The position numbers were made by a program, and so were the translations under genes. Source: a bacterium (GTDB lineage: Bacteria; UBA8248). Taken from it: a DNA stretch of 64,000 bases. Each line of letters begins with the position of its first letter. Position 1 is the first letter of the stretch. The stretch covers positions 384,001 to 448,000 of the forward strand of contig CBDBEV010000001.1 in the NCBI GenBank assembly GCA_965204535.1, written 5' to 3'. A model generated the notes under the pieces. That model was not told where the DNA came from and made no database searches. It worked only from the letters and a program-made list of their open reading frames with translations. Below are positions 1 to 9,117 of this stretch, one piece after another.

Positions 1-2
1 AG

Positions 3-299
3 CGCGGAGAGGGCGGCGTGTTCAAGGGCGCGCCGCAGATTCCCGTAAAATTCAACGGCGCCACGGTCATCGTCCGCGGGGAGAGAACCGGCGAGAGCGC
101 AGGGGATAAGGGCGGCCTGGAGTGGGGGACGGATCATTTCGCCTTCGAGGTCTCGGGCGATTTCGACGCCTATTGCGACGACCTCAAGAAAAAGGGCGTG
201 AAATTCACCGTGAAACCGGTACAATTCAACCCGACGACGCGCATCGCCTTCATCGAGGCGCCCGATGGCGTCAGCATCGAGTTGCTGAGAAGAACATGA
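3..299 (+). CDS. VOC/glyoxalase family protein (5' truncated by window edge)
   Basis: Frame is open to the window start. C-terminal VOC signature DHFAFEV...L+KKGV...RIAFIEAPDGVSIELL. Confidence 0.85.
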   Translation, partial: RGEGGVFKGAPQIPVKFNGATVIVRGERTGESAGDKGGLEWGTDHFAFEVSGDFDAYCDDLKKKGVKFTVKPVQFNPTTRIAFIEAPDGVSIELLRRT

Positions 300-354
300 C
301 GCCGGAGAATCTTTGATCCGCCCTGTCAGGCCGCCCGGTTCGAAGAGGAAGACC

Positions 355-1410
355 GTGTTTCATCTCGCGCGAATCGCAGCGCTGTGCATCCTGATTCCGA
401 CGATCGGATGGACGCCCGCGCCGATCTCGCATGCGCAAAACACGCCTGCGCAGGAAGAACTTCCCCCGGAACCGCCGCTCGGCCTCGACGACGTGCCTGT
501 GCCCGATGACAACCCCATGACGCGGCCCAAGGTCGAACTCGGAAGGCTCCTCTACTTCGAAAAACGCTTCTCCGGCGACGGGAAGGTCTCCTGCGCGACG
601 TGCCACATGCCCCGGCGCGGATTCTCGAACGCGCGCCAATACGGAATCGGCTTCGATGGCAGGCTCACGCTCAGGAACGTGCCCACCGTCATCAACGCCG
701 CCTACAACGAGTCCCAGTTTTGGGACGGGCGCGCCGGCAGCCTCGAGGAGCAGGCCAGGGGGCCGATTCTCCACCCGAGCGAGATGGCATCGAGCGAAGA
801 GAGAATCATCCGCACGCTCGGCGCGATCCCCGAATACCGCGAGCGATTCGCAGCGGCGTTCGGGAGCCCTGGGATCAGCCTGGAACGAGTCGCTCAGGCC
901 ATCGCCACCTTCGAGCGCACCCTGCTCTCGGGGAATTCCCCCTTCGACCGCTGGAAATACGGGGACGATGAGTCCGCGCTCTCGCCACAGGCGATACGGG
1001 GATTCGAGGTCTTCAGAACCAAGGGAAATTGCGTGAAATGCCACCTGGTGGACGAGTTCAGCGCGCCCTTCACGGACGATAAGTTCCACAATCTGGGCGT
1101 CGGGATGGACAAGAAGCCCCTGCAACTCGGGCGAGAGGCGATCACCAAAAAAATCAAGGACCGGGGCAAGTTCAAGACGCCCACACTTCGCCACATCACC
1201 CGGACGGCGCCCTACATGCACGACGGCCGCTTCAAGACGCTTGCGGAAGTCGTCGATTTCTACGAGGAGGGCGGACACCCGAACCCGCATCTCGACCCGG
1301 ACATGAAGCCGCTCAAGCTCACGAAGACCGAAAAAGAGGACCTGATCGCCTTCATGGGCGCGCTCACGGGCGACCTCCCCGAGGTCAAAACCCCCGAGTT
1401 GCCGAAGTGA
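355..1410 (+). CDS. Diheme cytochrome c peroxidase/MauG family protein, secreted
   Basis: GTG start after GAGGAA; signal peptide. CATCH and CVKCH heme motifs, plus RNxPT, FWDGR, FKTPTLR and TAPYMHDG family motifs. Confidence 0.9.
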   Translation: MFHLARIAALCILIPTIGWTPAPISHAQNTPAQEELPPEPPLGLDDVPVPDDNPMTRPKVELGRLLYFEKRFSGDGKVSCATCHMPRRGFSNARQYGIGFDGRLTLRNVPTVINAAYNESQFWDGRAGSLEEQARGPILHPSEMASSEERIIRTLGAIPEYRERFAAAFGSPGISLERVAQAIATFERTLLSGNSPFDRWKYGDDESALSPQAIRGFEVFRTKGNCVKCHLVDEFSAPFTDDKFHNLGVGMDKKPLQLGREAITKKIKDRGKFKTPTLRHITRTAPYMHDGRFKTLAEVVDFYEEGGHPNPHLDPDMKPLKLTKTEKEDLIAFMGALTGDLPEVKTPELPK

Positions 1411-1476
1411 AGCTTTTTCGGCAAACTCCACCTCGCCACCGCCCGAGCCGATTCGAACCGAGCGAGGACCATCCGG

Positions 1477-2190
1477 ATGAAGCGCATAAAGAAGACGTTT
1501 CCCCTCGCGGGAGTTTTCTCTCTCCTGCTCACGTGCGCTCATTCATACGGGGCGGAGATTCAGGAGGGGAAATCCCTTTTTGAGCGAAACAACTGCGGAA
1601 GCTGCCACACCCTGAAAGGCCCTGAAACCAGGATACCCCCGCCCGCGCGCCACGGCATCAAAGGCCCCGCGCTCTGGTATGCGGGCAGCAAGTTCCGGCC
1701 CGGTTTTCTGGCGAAATGGCTCGCGAAACCCGAACCTTTTCGAGGCGTCGTCTACGGCACCATGAAGCGGGGCAAATACCCGCACCCTGCCCTGCCCGAG
1801 GAGGAGGCGGCGAAGGTGGCGGCATATCTGGAAAGCCTCAAAGACCCCGAAATGCCGGCCGGCGTCGTTCCGCGCTGGAAGAAAATCCCCCGGAAAGTGC
1901 TCAGGCGGGCGAGAATCCTGTTTCAGAAAAAACAGCCGTGTTATTCGTGCCACATGGTCTCGATACGAAAGACGGTGTACCGGACGAAAATCGAGGTGGG
2001 CGGCCACAGCGCGCCCCATTTCAAAGATGCGGGGCGTAGGCTGAACCCCGATTTCATCGTGGCTTTCCTCAAAAAGCCTACGCGTTACAACCCCAACGGA
2101 AGAATGCCGGCCTACGGGGATGCGGCGTTCACGAAGCTGAGCGAGAAGGACTTCATCGCTCTCGCCGCCTATATCGCGAGTTTCAAATGA
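1477..2190 (+). CDS. Diheme class I cytochrome c (NcgB-like)
   Basis: Signal peptide; CGSCH and CYSCH; GPxLxYAGxK...WLxxP and MPxY motifs. Confidence 0.8.
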   Translation: MKRIKKTFPLAGVFSLLLTCAHSYGAEIQEGKSLFERNNCGSCHTLKGPETRIPPPARHGIKGPALWYAGSKFRPGFLAKWLAKPEPFRGVVYGTMKRGKYPHPALPEEEAAKVAAYLESLKDPEMPAGVVPRWKKIPRKVLRRARILFQKKQPCYSCHMVSIRKTVYRTKIEVGGHSAPHFKDAGRRLNPDFIVAFLKKPTRYNPNGRMPAYGDAAFTKLSEKDFIALAAYIASFK

Positions 2191-2615
2191 AGCTCCGCTC
2201 TCTCGGGAGAACGCTGATTCTCGTTCTCGTGATGGCGGCTGCGAACGCCCCCCTCTTTGCAGTCGCGGAGGAGCCCGCGAACCGCGTGAGCGCACAGGAG
2301 AACTTCCGCTGGTACTGCATCCAGTGCCACGGCCCCACGGGAGACGGCAAGGGGGTGAACAACACCGAAAAGCTGCCCGTGAGCCCGCGTAATCTCACCG
2401 ACGGGAAGGACATGGCCCAGTTCTCGGATGAGGACATGGTGCGCACCATCACCCGTGGGGGCGGGGCGAGCGACCTCTCCCCCATTATGCCGCCTTGGGG
2501 CAACGTGTTTACAAAACAGGAAATTCGTGATTTGGTGGCCCTGATCCGCAAGATGTGCGATTGCCGTTTCGACCCCAAGGCGAAAGAGACGTTTTTGAAG
2601 CAAGAAGGCCGGTAG
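2187..2615 (+). CDS. Monoheme cytochrome c (NcgC-like)
   Basis: ATGA overlap with the upstream gene; signal peptide; YCIQCHG-x-GDGKG, PRNLT, MPPWG, terminal KMCDC. Confidence 0.85.
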   Translation: MKLRSLGRTLILVLVMAAANAPLFAVAEEPANRVSAQENFRWYCIQCHGPTGDGKGVNNTEKLPVSPRNLTDGKDMAQFSDEDMVRTITRGGGASDLSPIMPPWGNVFTKQEIRDLVALIRKMCDCRFDPKAKETFLKQEGR

Positions 2616-2626
2616 GTTCTTCTATC

Positions 2627-3592
2627 ATGTACAAAGCGGTCACCACTCTCATCATTTTTCTGCTCTTGGCTCCTGCAAGCGCGCTTGCGGCGGGCGAGCG
2701 GATTCTCGTCACGAACACGCGCGACGGCACGCTGAGCGTCATCTCGCGCGAAACGCATGAGGTCATCCAGACAATCCCCGCCGGCAGGAAGGCGAACCGC
2801 CTCTCGCTCGCGCCCGACGGGCGCCACGCCTTCGTCATCAACGACGGCAGCGCCTTCGTGCGCGTTTTCGACACGCACAAGCTCAAGTTCGTCCGCCGCG
2901 TGCGCGCGGGCCGCGACCCCTACAACCTGGCGTTCTCCCCCGACGGCGCGCTCGCCTATTTCGTGAACACCTATTCGGACAACGTGACGATCTTGGACGT
3001 CGCGGCGCGCAGGATCATCGGCTTGATCAAGCACGGGGGGAACAACCCGGTGAACATCAAACTGAGCCCCGACGGCCGCCGGGCCTTCGTGGCGAACGAG
3101 CTCAGCGAGGACGTCTCCGTCGTCGATCTCGAGACGAGAAAACCGATCAAGCAGATCGAGTCGGGCCACTACATCGAGGGCATCGACGTGACGCGCGACG
3201 GCAAAAGGCTCTACGTCATGAACGGGGAGCGGAACTCCTACAGCGTGGTCGACCTCGATACCCTGGAAATCATCCGCACCATGAAACTCTCCGGCGAGCC
3301 GCACGACGCTCTCATCACGCCGGACGGGAAATTCCTCTACGTCACCCTGCCGCACAAGAACAGGGTGTCGGTCTTCTCCCTGCCCGCACAAAAGCGCGTC
3401 GCCAGCGTCAGGCAGGGGGTGCGGCCCGACCTCATCGCCTTCACGCCCGACGGCGCACTCGCCTACGTGACGAACCGCGATTCGCAAGAAGTGTTCGTGA
3501 TGGACGCGAAAACACACCGCAACATCAAGAAAATCCGCGTGGGAAACGGGGCGCACGGCGTGCTCGTCGTACCGCCCGCGCCGATCAACTAA
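2627..3592 (+). CDS. Secreted YVTN/YncE-type beta-propeller repeat protein
   Basis: Signal peptide; about 7 repeats of (F/L)(S/T)PDG-x-x-(A/L)(Y/F)V(T/A)N...(V/L)S(V/I)(I/V)D. Confidence 0.9.
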   Translation: MYKAVTTLIIFLLLAPASALAAGERILVTNTRDGTLSVISRETHEVIQTIPAGRKANRLSLAPDGRHAFVINDGSAFVRVFDTHKLKFVRRVRAGRDPYNLAFSPDGALAYFVNTYSDNVTILDVAARRIIGLIKHGGNNPVNIKLSPDGRRAFVANELSEDVSVVDLETRKPIKQIESGHYIEGIDVTRDGKRLYVMNGERNSYSVVDLDTLEIIRTMKLSGEPHDALITPDGKFLYVTLPHKNRVSVFSLPAQKRVASVRQGVRPDLIAFTPDGALAYVTNRDSQEVFVMDAKTHRNIKKIRVGNGAHGVLVVPPAPIN

Positions 3593-3778
3593 GGCCTTCA
3601 CTTTGACGACGGCGCGCCATGCACTATATCGGGTAGGCTCCTCCTCGTCTAAAGGTAAAAGACCATCGCCCATCCCGAACCAACGGCGCGGGCGACGGTG
3701 GATGTTGCTTTCCCCACCCCCATGCGTCATATTCGAGAGGCTACTCCACTCCCAAGCCAGACCCGCGGAGAGGAAAAG

Positions 3779-4060
3779 ATGACAGAATTTCAAATGGCAA
3801 CACTCGAGATTTCACGTGCAGGAATCGAGATTTCACGGATAGGACTCTGGATTTCAGCAATTCATGCCTTTATCTCACTCATGGTGGGCGTCGTACAATG
3901 CGCGCTCATCTGGTACGGGCTGAAACTCATGCAGCGTGGAACCGAAAGAAGAGAAGCACAAAGCAAACGGCAGCATGAAGAAACCATGGCCGCTCTGGAA
4001 ACCCGCCATCGCGAAAGCATGAGGGCCCTGGAAGCCCTGATTGAGAGAACTTCGAAGTGA
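3779..4060 (+). CDS. Small hypothetical membrane protein (hydrophobic segment plus coiled-coil tail)
   Basis: GGAGAGGA RBS before ATG at 3779; hydrophobic stretch GLWISAIHAFISLMVGVVQCALIWYGL; internal repeats. Confidence 0.65.
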   Translation: MTEFQMATLEISRAGIEISRIGLWISAIHAFISLMVGVVQCALIWYGLKLMQRGTERREAQSKRQHEETMAALETRHRESMRALEALIERTSK

Positions 4061-4185
4061 ACGGAGAACCAAACCGGCGCTTCACCTGATTTCCCTCGTC
4101 ATTCTCTATAGAGTTTCGAACACTTTGTTGGCGGAAAGCCGAAACTTCCCCTCACAGACCAGTGAGTCATACGACTCCGGCCGTA

Positions 4186-5070
4186 TCAAGAACCCTCGCC
4201 CGTGGCGCAGCGAAAGCCGATCTTGTTGTTGGTATAATCGGGTAGGCGGTGGTAGCGGTTGTGCGCCGTGGCCCAGGCGACCGGACTGCCCCAGGAGGCG
4301 CCGCGAACGACCCTGGTTTTTCCCTTAGCCGGCCCATGCGGGTCGCGCTTTACCATTTTTCTGTACGCCCTCGAAGCATATCGGTCGGCCACCCACTCCC
4401 AGACGTTGCCCGACATATCGAGCGCCCCGAACGGGCTCGCGCCCTTCGGGAAGCGTCCCACGGGGGAGACGCCGGGGAACCCGTCCTTCCCCCCTTTCAG
4501 GTTGGCTCTCATCGCGTCGCGCGCCACACCCCAGGGATAGCGCCTTCCGTCCGCACCGCGCGACGCTCGCTCCCATTCCGCCTCGGTGGGCAAACGCCTG
4601 CCCGCCCACCCACAATAGGCTTCCGCATCGGGCCAGCTCACGTGCGAGACGGGCTGCTGTGGCATTGTTTTCCAGGTGGATTTCGGGCCTTCGGGCTGAC
4701 GCCAGTTCGCACCCTTGGTCTTTCGCCAGCCTCCCTTTCCCTTTCTCAAGGAAGCGTCCCACGTCCAGGACCATTTCCGCTTCTCGGCCGTCGTCTTGTA
4801 TCCGGTCTGGGAGACGAAGCGCGCAAAACGCTCCGCCGTCGCCTCGGTCTCGTCGATCCAGAAACCCGAAACGAAAATTTTCCGGGGCGGACGCTCGTCC
4901 CTGTCGCCGGACTTGCTGCCCATCACGAACCACCCCGGGGGAACGTGCACCAATATTGCGCCGTCGAAGCCGGATATTTTCTTTCTGACCTGCTGCGCAT
5001 GAACAAACGAGCCGATGACGCCCAGAAAACAGATGAGGAGCAGACAAACGAGGAATCGTGGGGAAAACAT
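4186..5070 (-). CDS. FGE-sulfatase (SUMF1) domain protein, secreted
   Basis: Signal peptide; FVMGS, [24 protein letters not shown], [19 protein letters not shown]. Confidence 0.9.
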   Translation of the reverse strand: MFSPRFLVCLLLICFLGVIGSFVHAQQVRKKISGFDGAILVHVPPGWFVMGSKSGDRDERPPRKIFVSGFWIDETEATAERFARFVSQTGYKTTAEKRKWSWTWDASLRKGKGGWRKTKGANWRQPEGPKSTWKTMPQQPVSHVSWPDAEAYCGWAGRRLPTEAEWERASRGADGRRYPWGVARDAMRANLKGGKDGFPGVSPVGRFPKGASPFGALDMSGNVWEWVADRYASRAYRKMVKRDPHGPAKGKTRVVRGASWGSPVAWATAHNRYHRLPDYTNNKIGFRCATGEGS

Positions 5071-5138
5071 GCGCGTGCTCACCTCCTCATTCTCGGGTGA
5101 TGACGGCCGAATAGAGAGCACCCCGAAAAAGCGAATAA

Positions 5139-5567
5139 CTAGTCCCTCAGCGGGTCCCTGGGATCGTCCACGAACGTCGTGCCCGCCGCTTCCTTGTTGG
5201 GCATCCCGCCGTAGGTGAATATCAACTCCGCCGGATCGTCCGTGCTCGGATTCTCCTGTCCGTGGATGCACCCGCAGGGGAAATAGACGAAGTGGCCGAC
5301 GGGCACCTCTTTTCTTTCGATCTCCCCGCCCTCTTTCCAGTAGATGTTGACGGGGCCTTTCACCACGTAGATCGTGGTGTCGCAGTTTTTGTGGTAGTGT
5401 AGCGCGTTGCGGCCCTTGGGCGGGATGATGGTTCTGCCCATCGTGATGGTCTCCGTCCCCGTTGTCTCGCGGTTCACGCCCCAGCGGATGTCATAGGGCG
5501 GCTCATAGGCCTTGTCCTCGTCTACGTCCAGGGAATTTACGACTTGCGGTACAGGCAAATCCGCCAT
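5139..5567 (-). CDS. Cupin domain protein
   Basis: HYH-x3-D...YVVKG and GHFVYFPxGxxH cupin motifs; GGAGG RBS. Confidence 0.85.
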   Translation of the reverse strand: MADLPVPQVVNSLDVDEDKAYEPPYDIRWGVNRETTGTETITMGRTIIPPKGRNALHYHKNCDTTIYVVKGPVNIYWKEGGEIERKEVPVGHFVYFPCGCIHGQENPSTDDPAELIFTYGGMPNKEAAGTTFVDDPRDPLRD

Positions 5568-5623
5568 GAGAGCACCTCCGAAATGTGAATGAAAACAGGT
5601 AAATTATCGCTCTGCCCTGCGCC

Positions 5624-6850
5624 CTACCCTTCGGGCGGAGCGGCCCAGGACACGATGTTCTTCTCTCTCAAGTCCTCGAGTTCATCTTCCTCCATCCCGA
5701 GGAGATCACCCAGAACCTCTCTCGTGTGTTCGCCCAGATAAGGTGCCCGCGCGTACTTCATATCCGCGCCCGGCAGCCTGATGGGCGGCCCGAGCACCTT
5801 CATGCTGCCCGCTGCGGGGTGCTCCATCTCGACAATCATGTCCCGCGCCAGGATCTGGGGGTCCTCCATCGCCTGCGCCACGGTGTTCACCGGCGCGAAG
5901 GGCACATGGCCCTGGAGCAGATCGGTCCACTCGGCGTTCGTTTTCTCCTGGAACGCCTTTTCGAGAATATCCAATAAAACTTCGCGGTTCTCGAAACGGC
6001 CCTGGGCCAGTTTGAAGCGCGGGTCCTCGGCGAGTGCCGGTAAGCCCATGCGCTCGACGAGGATGGGGAAAAAACTCTGCTTGAGGCAAAGCACGCTCAC
6101 CCAGCCGTCTTTGGTCTCGAAATTCTGCGCGGGCACCATCGAGGGGTGCGCGCTCCGGGAGAATTTCTGCGGCACATAGCCGCAGTTGAGCGCCCAGGTG
6201 GCCATGTACGCAAGCTGCACGAGGGCGCCGTCCATGAGCGCCACGTCGACGTCCCTCCCCTTGCCCGTGCGGTTCGCCTCCCACAGCGCGGCCAGCAGGC
6301 CAACGAGCGATATGAATCCGCCAGAGAAATCCACGAAGCTCACGCCGGCCTTGGTGGGAGGTCCGTCCGGCTCTCCCGTCAGGTCCATGATGCCGGCGTA
6401 GGCCTGCATGAGGTAGTCATAAGCCGGCTCGGGCGCCCTGGGACCCGTCATCCCGTAGCCTGAGAGAAAACAACACACGATTTTCTCGTTGTAGGGACCC
6501 AGGTGCTTATACGTGATTTCGAGCTTCTCGGGTGCATCGCCCCGGCAATTCGCATAGAGCGCATCCGCTTTGGGGACGAGCCTTCGCAATATCGCCTTCC
6601 CTTCGGGCGTGCGGATCCTGAGCGCGACGCTCTTCTTGTTGCGGTTGAAGGACTGGAAATAGTAGCTGTCGTTATGAGGAAGGGCATACGGGGGGACAGG
6701 CCGCGCGGAATCGCCGCCCACGGCGTGATCCTCTATCTTGATGACCTCGGCCCCCATGTCCCCCAACAGTTGCGAGGCCAGCGGCCCCGCCCCGAACTGC
6801 TCCACCGCCAGGATTCGAAGACCCTCCAGCGGAAGTCGACCATCCATCAT
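5624..6850 (-). CDS. Family III CoA transferase (CaiB/BaiF)
   Basis: PLEGLRIL...AGP...LGDMGAEVIKIE, NRNKKS, SGYGxTGP, candidate catalytic Asp in FVDFSGG, APxLGEHT. Confidence 0.93.
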   Translation of the reverse strand: MMDGRLPLEGLRILAVEQFGAGPLASQLLGDMGAEVIKIEDHAVGGDSARPVPPYALPHNDSYYFQSFNRNKKSVALRIRTPEGKAILRRLVPKADALYANCRGDAPEKLEITYKHLGPYNEKIVCCFLSGYGMTGPRAPEPAYDYLMQAYAGIMDLTGEPDGPPTKAGVSFVDFSGGFISLVGLLAALWEANRTGKGRDVDVALMDGALVQLAYMATWALNCGYVPQKFSRSAHPSMVPAQNFETKDGWVSVLCLKQSFFPILVERMGLPALAEDPRFKLAQGRFENREVLLDILEKAFQEKTNAEWTDLLQGHVPFAPVNTVAQAMEDPQILARDMIVEMEHPAAGSMKVLGPPIRLPGADMKYARAPYLGEHTREVLGDLLGMEEDELEDLREKNIVSWAAPPEG

Positions 6851-7131
6851 CAAGTCCTTTCCAGAATTCCCGCCCGGGATTTCCCGGCGCACGGAACAAA
6901 CCAATTCCCACAAAGCCGAGCATTCGTCCGAATCTCAAGCAATATCAACGCTTTCCGGCTTTGAATCATTCGTCAGCACACATGAACGCCATGAGATTAT
7001 TACAAAACACCGCGAAAGTATATTTGCGGTTTCTCTCTCGTTGTGTATTTGCTAGAATCAGTCTGCTCTGGTTCGATTCCAATTCACCCGAAAGGCTATG
7101 TCTTTCATCATTATTGGGAATACATTTATTC

Positions 7132-7878
7132 ATGGTTACCAAAATATCGATTCAACACTTGAGAAAAATCTATGACACCCCCGAAAGGCGGGTCCACGCT
7201 CTTGAGGACGTGAACCTCAACATCGAGGACGGCGAGTTCATCTGCCTCGTGGGGCTTTCCGGCTGCGGGAAGACGACGCTGCTCAACATGCTCGCCGGCT
7301 TCGTCGAGATCACCGCGGGCACCATTACCATGGACGGAAGACCGCTCACCCAGGACTACGACAAGGGCGTCGTTTTTCAGGAATACGCTCTCTTCCCGTG
7401 GCGCACGGCCAGGCAGAACGTGGAATACGGCCTCGAAATCAGAAACGTGCCCGAGGAGGAGCGCTCGAGAATCGCGCATGATTACCTGCGTCTCGTCCGC
7501 CTCGAGGATTTTGCGGATTTCTTCCCGCACAACCTCTCGGGCGGCATGCGCCAGCGGGTGGCGGTTGCGAGAGCCATGGCGTTCGACCCGCAAATCCTCC
7601 TGATGGACGAGCCCTTCGGCGCGCTCGACGCCCAGACGCGCGAGGAACTGCAGGAGTTGACCGTCGACGTGTGGCAGAAGACGAAAAAGACGATTCTCTA
7701 CGTCACGCACAACTTGAGCGAGGCCGTCTACCTCGGGAACCGGATTGTGGTTTTCGTCCCGAATCCGGGGAGAATCCGCGAGATCGTGAAAGTCGATCTT
7801 CCCAGACCCAGGGACGACCTCGCGCCCGAGTTCATCAGACTGCAACGACACGTGAACGATTTGATTCGCGATTTCTAG
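7132..7878 (+). CDS. ABC transporter ATP-binding protein (TauB/SsuB/NrtD-like)
   Basis: Walker A GLSGCGKTT, VFQEYALFPW, LSGGMRQR, Walker B LLMDEPFGALD, YVTH. Confidence 0.95.
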   Translation: MVTKISIQHLRKIYDTPERRVHALEDVNLNIEDGEFICLVGLSGCGKTTLLNMLAGFVEITAGTITMDGRPLTQDYDKGVVFQEYALFPWRTARQNVEYGLEIRNVPEEERSRIAHDYLRLVRLEDFADFFPHNLSGGMRQRVAVARAMAFDPQILLMDEPFGALDAQTREELQELTVDVWQKTKKTILYVTHNLSEAVYLGNRIVVFVPNPGRIREIVKVDLPRPRDDLAPEFIRLQRHVNDLIRDF

Positions 7879-7891
7879 AGAGGAATTATCC

Positions 7892-8818
7892 ATGCAGACA
7901 TCCGAGGCAACGCCTGTTCCTCAACCGATGGACGAGAAGAAAAAAGAGTTGAGGTCACCGTTCTGGGTGAAACTGAGGCCGATTTACCCGTTCATCGTCA
8001 TCCTGGCCATCTGGCAGGTCGCCGCCATGCAGGCCCAGGGCAACCAGGGCAGGCTCTTCCCGACCGTCGACGCCATCGCCTTTCGGGCCTGGGAGCTTGT
8101 TACGGACCCATTGTTCCGGGCGCTGGCCGAGAATCCGAATCTGAGTTTCGTGGATCACATCTGGAAACTCCTGGAAAGCCCGATTCTGCTTCATACGCTG
8201 AACACCGCTTGGCGCCTCCCGTTCTCGTTCTTCATCGCGGCGGTCGTCGGCACCATCGTGGGCATTTTGATGGGCCGCTTTGCCTTCTGGGAATCGTTCT
8301 TCGTACCGCTTCTCTCCGTATTGTTGCCGATTCCCGCCATCGCGTGGACGCCCATCGTCGTCATCTGGTCGGGCATCGGCGATCAGACGGTCATCGTCAT
8401 CACGGCCTTCGCCTCGTTCCTGCCCATCGCCATGGCGGTCTGGACGGGCGTGAAAACCGTGAACCCGGTATGGATACGCGCGGCCCAGTCGATGAACGCG
8501 GACAAGATGACGATTTTCCGCACCGTCGTACTGCCCGGCTCGCTGCCGATGATTCTGAGCGGCATGCGCATCGGCCTGGCGCGCGCCTGGCGCGCGGGCG
8601 TTGGGGCGGAGGCGTTCGCGGGCATCCGCTGGGGGCTTTCGGCCGGCATCTTCGACGCGCAGGAATACCTCGACATCGCGTTCATGATGGTCGCGCTCGG
8701 CATCCTCGGCCTGTTCGGCTTCGTGCTCGAAAAAGTGCTCTTCCAGCCCATCGAGAGCCGCACCGTCATCCGCTGGGGCATGATGGAGGCGATGGGCGCA
8801 CAGGATAAGAAGGTGTAA
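7892..8818 (+). CDS. ABC transporter permease (TauC/SsuC-like)
   Basis: Multiple TM helices; PIPAIAWTP; EAA-like RAAQSMNA...VVLPGSLPMILSGMRIG. Confidence 0.93.
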   Translation: MQTSEATPVPQPMDEKKKELRSPFWVKLRPIYPFIVILAIWQVAAMQAQGNQGRLFPTVDAIAFRAWELVTDPLFRALAENPNLSFVDHIWKLLESPILLHTLNTAWRLPFSFFIAAVVGTIVGILMGRFAFWESFFVPLLSVLLPIPAIAWTPIVVIWSGIGDQTVIVITAFASFLPIAMAVWTGVKTVNPVWIRAAQSMNADKMTIFRTVVLPGSLPMILSGMRIGLARAWRAGVGAEAFAGIRWGLSAGIFDAQEYLDIAFMMVALGILGLFGFVLEKVLFQPIESRTVIRWGMMEAMGAQDKKV

Positions 8819-8843
8819 TCAGAACAGGAACAAACACTTACCA

Positions 8844-8877
8844 GCCGGGCGCGACTCTTGCCGCGCCCGGTTTTTTT
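8844..8877 (+). terminator. Intrinsic terminator of the ABC ATPase/permease operon
   Basis: GCCGGGCGCG-loop-CGCGCCCGG followed by T7. Confidence 0.85.
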
Positions 8878-8938
8878 ATGTCTCAGGGGGATGATCCCTG
8901 CGCTCCGCGCCGTCTCCCCGCGGGCCCAGGGAAATAGC

Positions 8939-9109
8939 CCCCTAAAGAGGTGGCTGGTTTCAAAAGGCAAAGGGGCTCCGTAGGGACAGGCCTCCGTGCC
9001 TGTCCTATTTCGGGGTGAACATGATTCGACGGGCGGGCACGGTCGAACTCCCCTCTTCGGGAAGTTCGACGCCCCTACAGTCGTCATTTTGTTGCTTCGA
9101 TTTTAGGGG
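8939..9109. mobile_element. Putative MITE-like element containing an inverted GTAG-type REP pair
   Basis: Short IR CCCCTAAA (8939-8946)/TTTAGGGG (9102-9109) enclosing GTAGGGACAGGC..GCCTGTCC (8980-9006) and an inverted copy ending GCCCCTAC (9031-9078). Confidence 0.5.
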
Positions 9110-9117
9110 ACACATAT

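Noticed and set aside
3636-3712. tRNA-like 5' half (CTCCTCC-TC-GTCT-AAAGGTAAA-AGAC) plus hairpin; the reverse strand loosely resembles a fluoride riboswitch
   Set aside because: No T-arm or matching acceptor 3' strand, and the riboswitch P1 pairing is missing. It may be only an operon-end hairpin.
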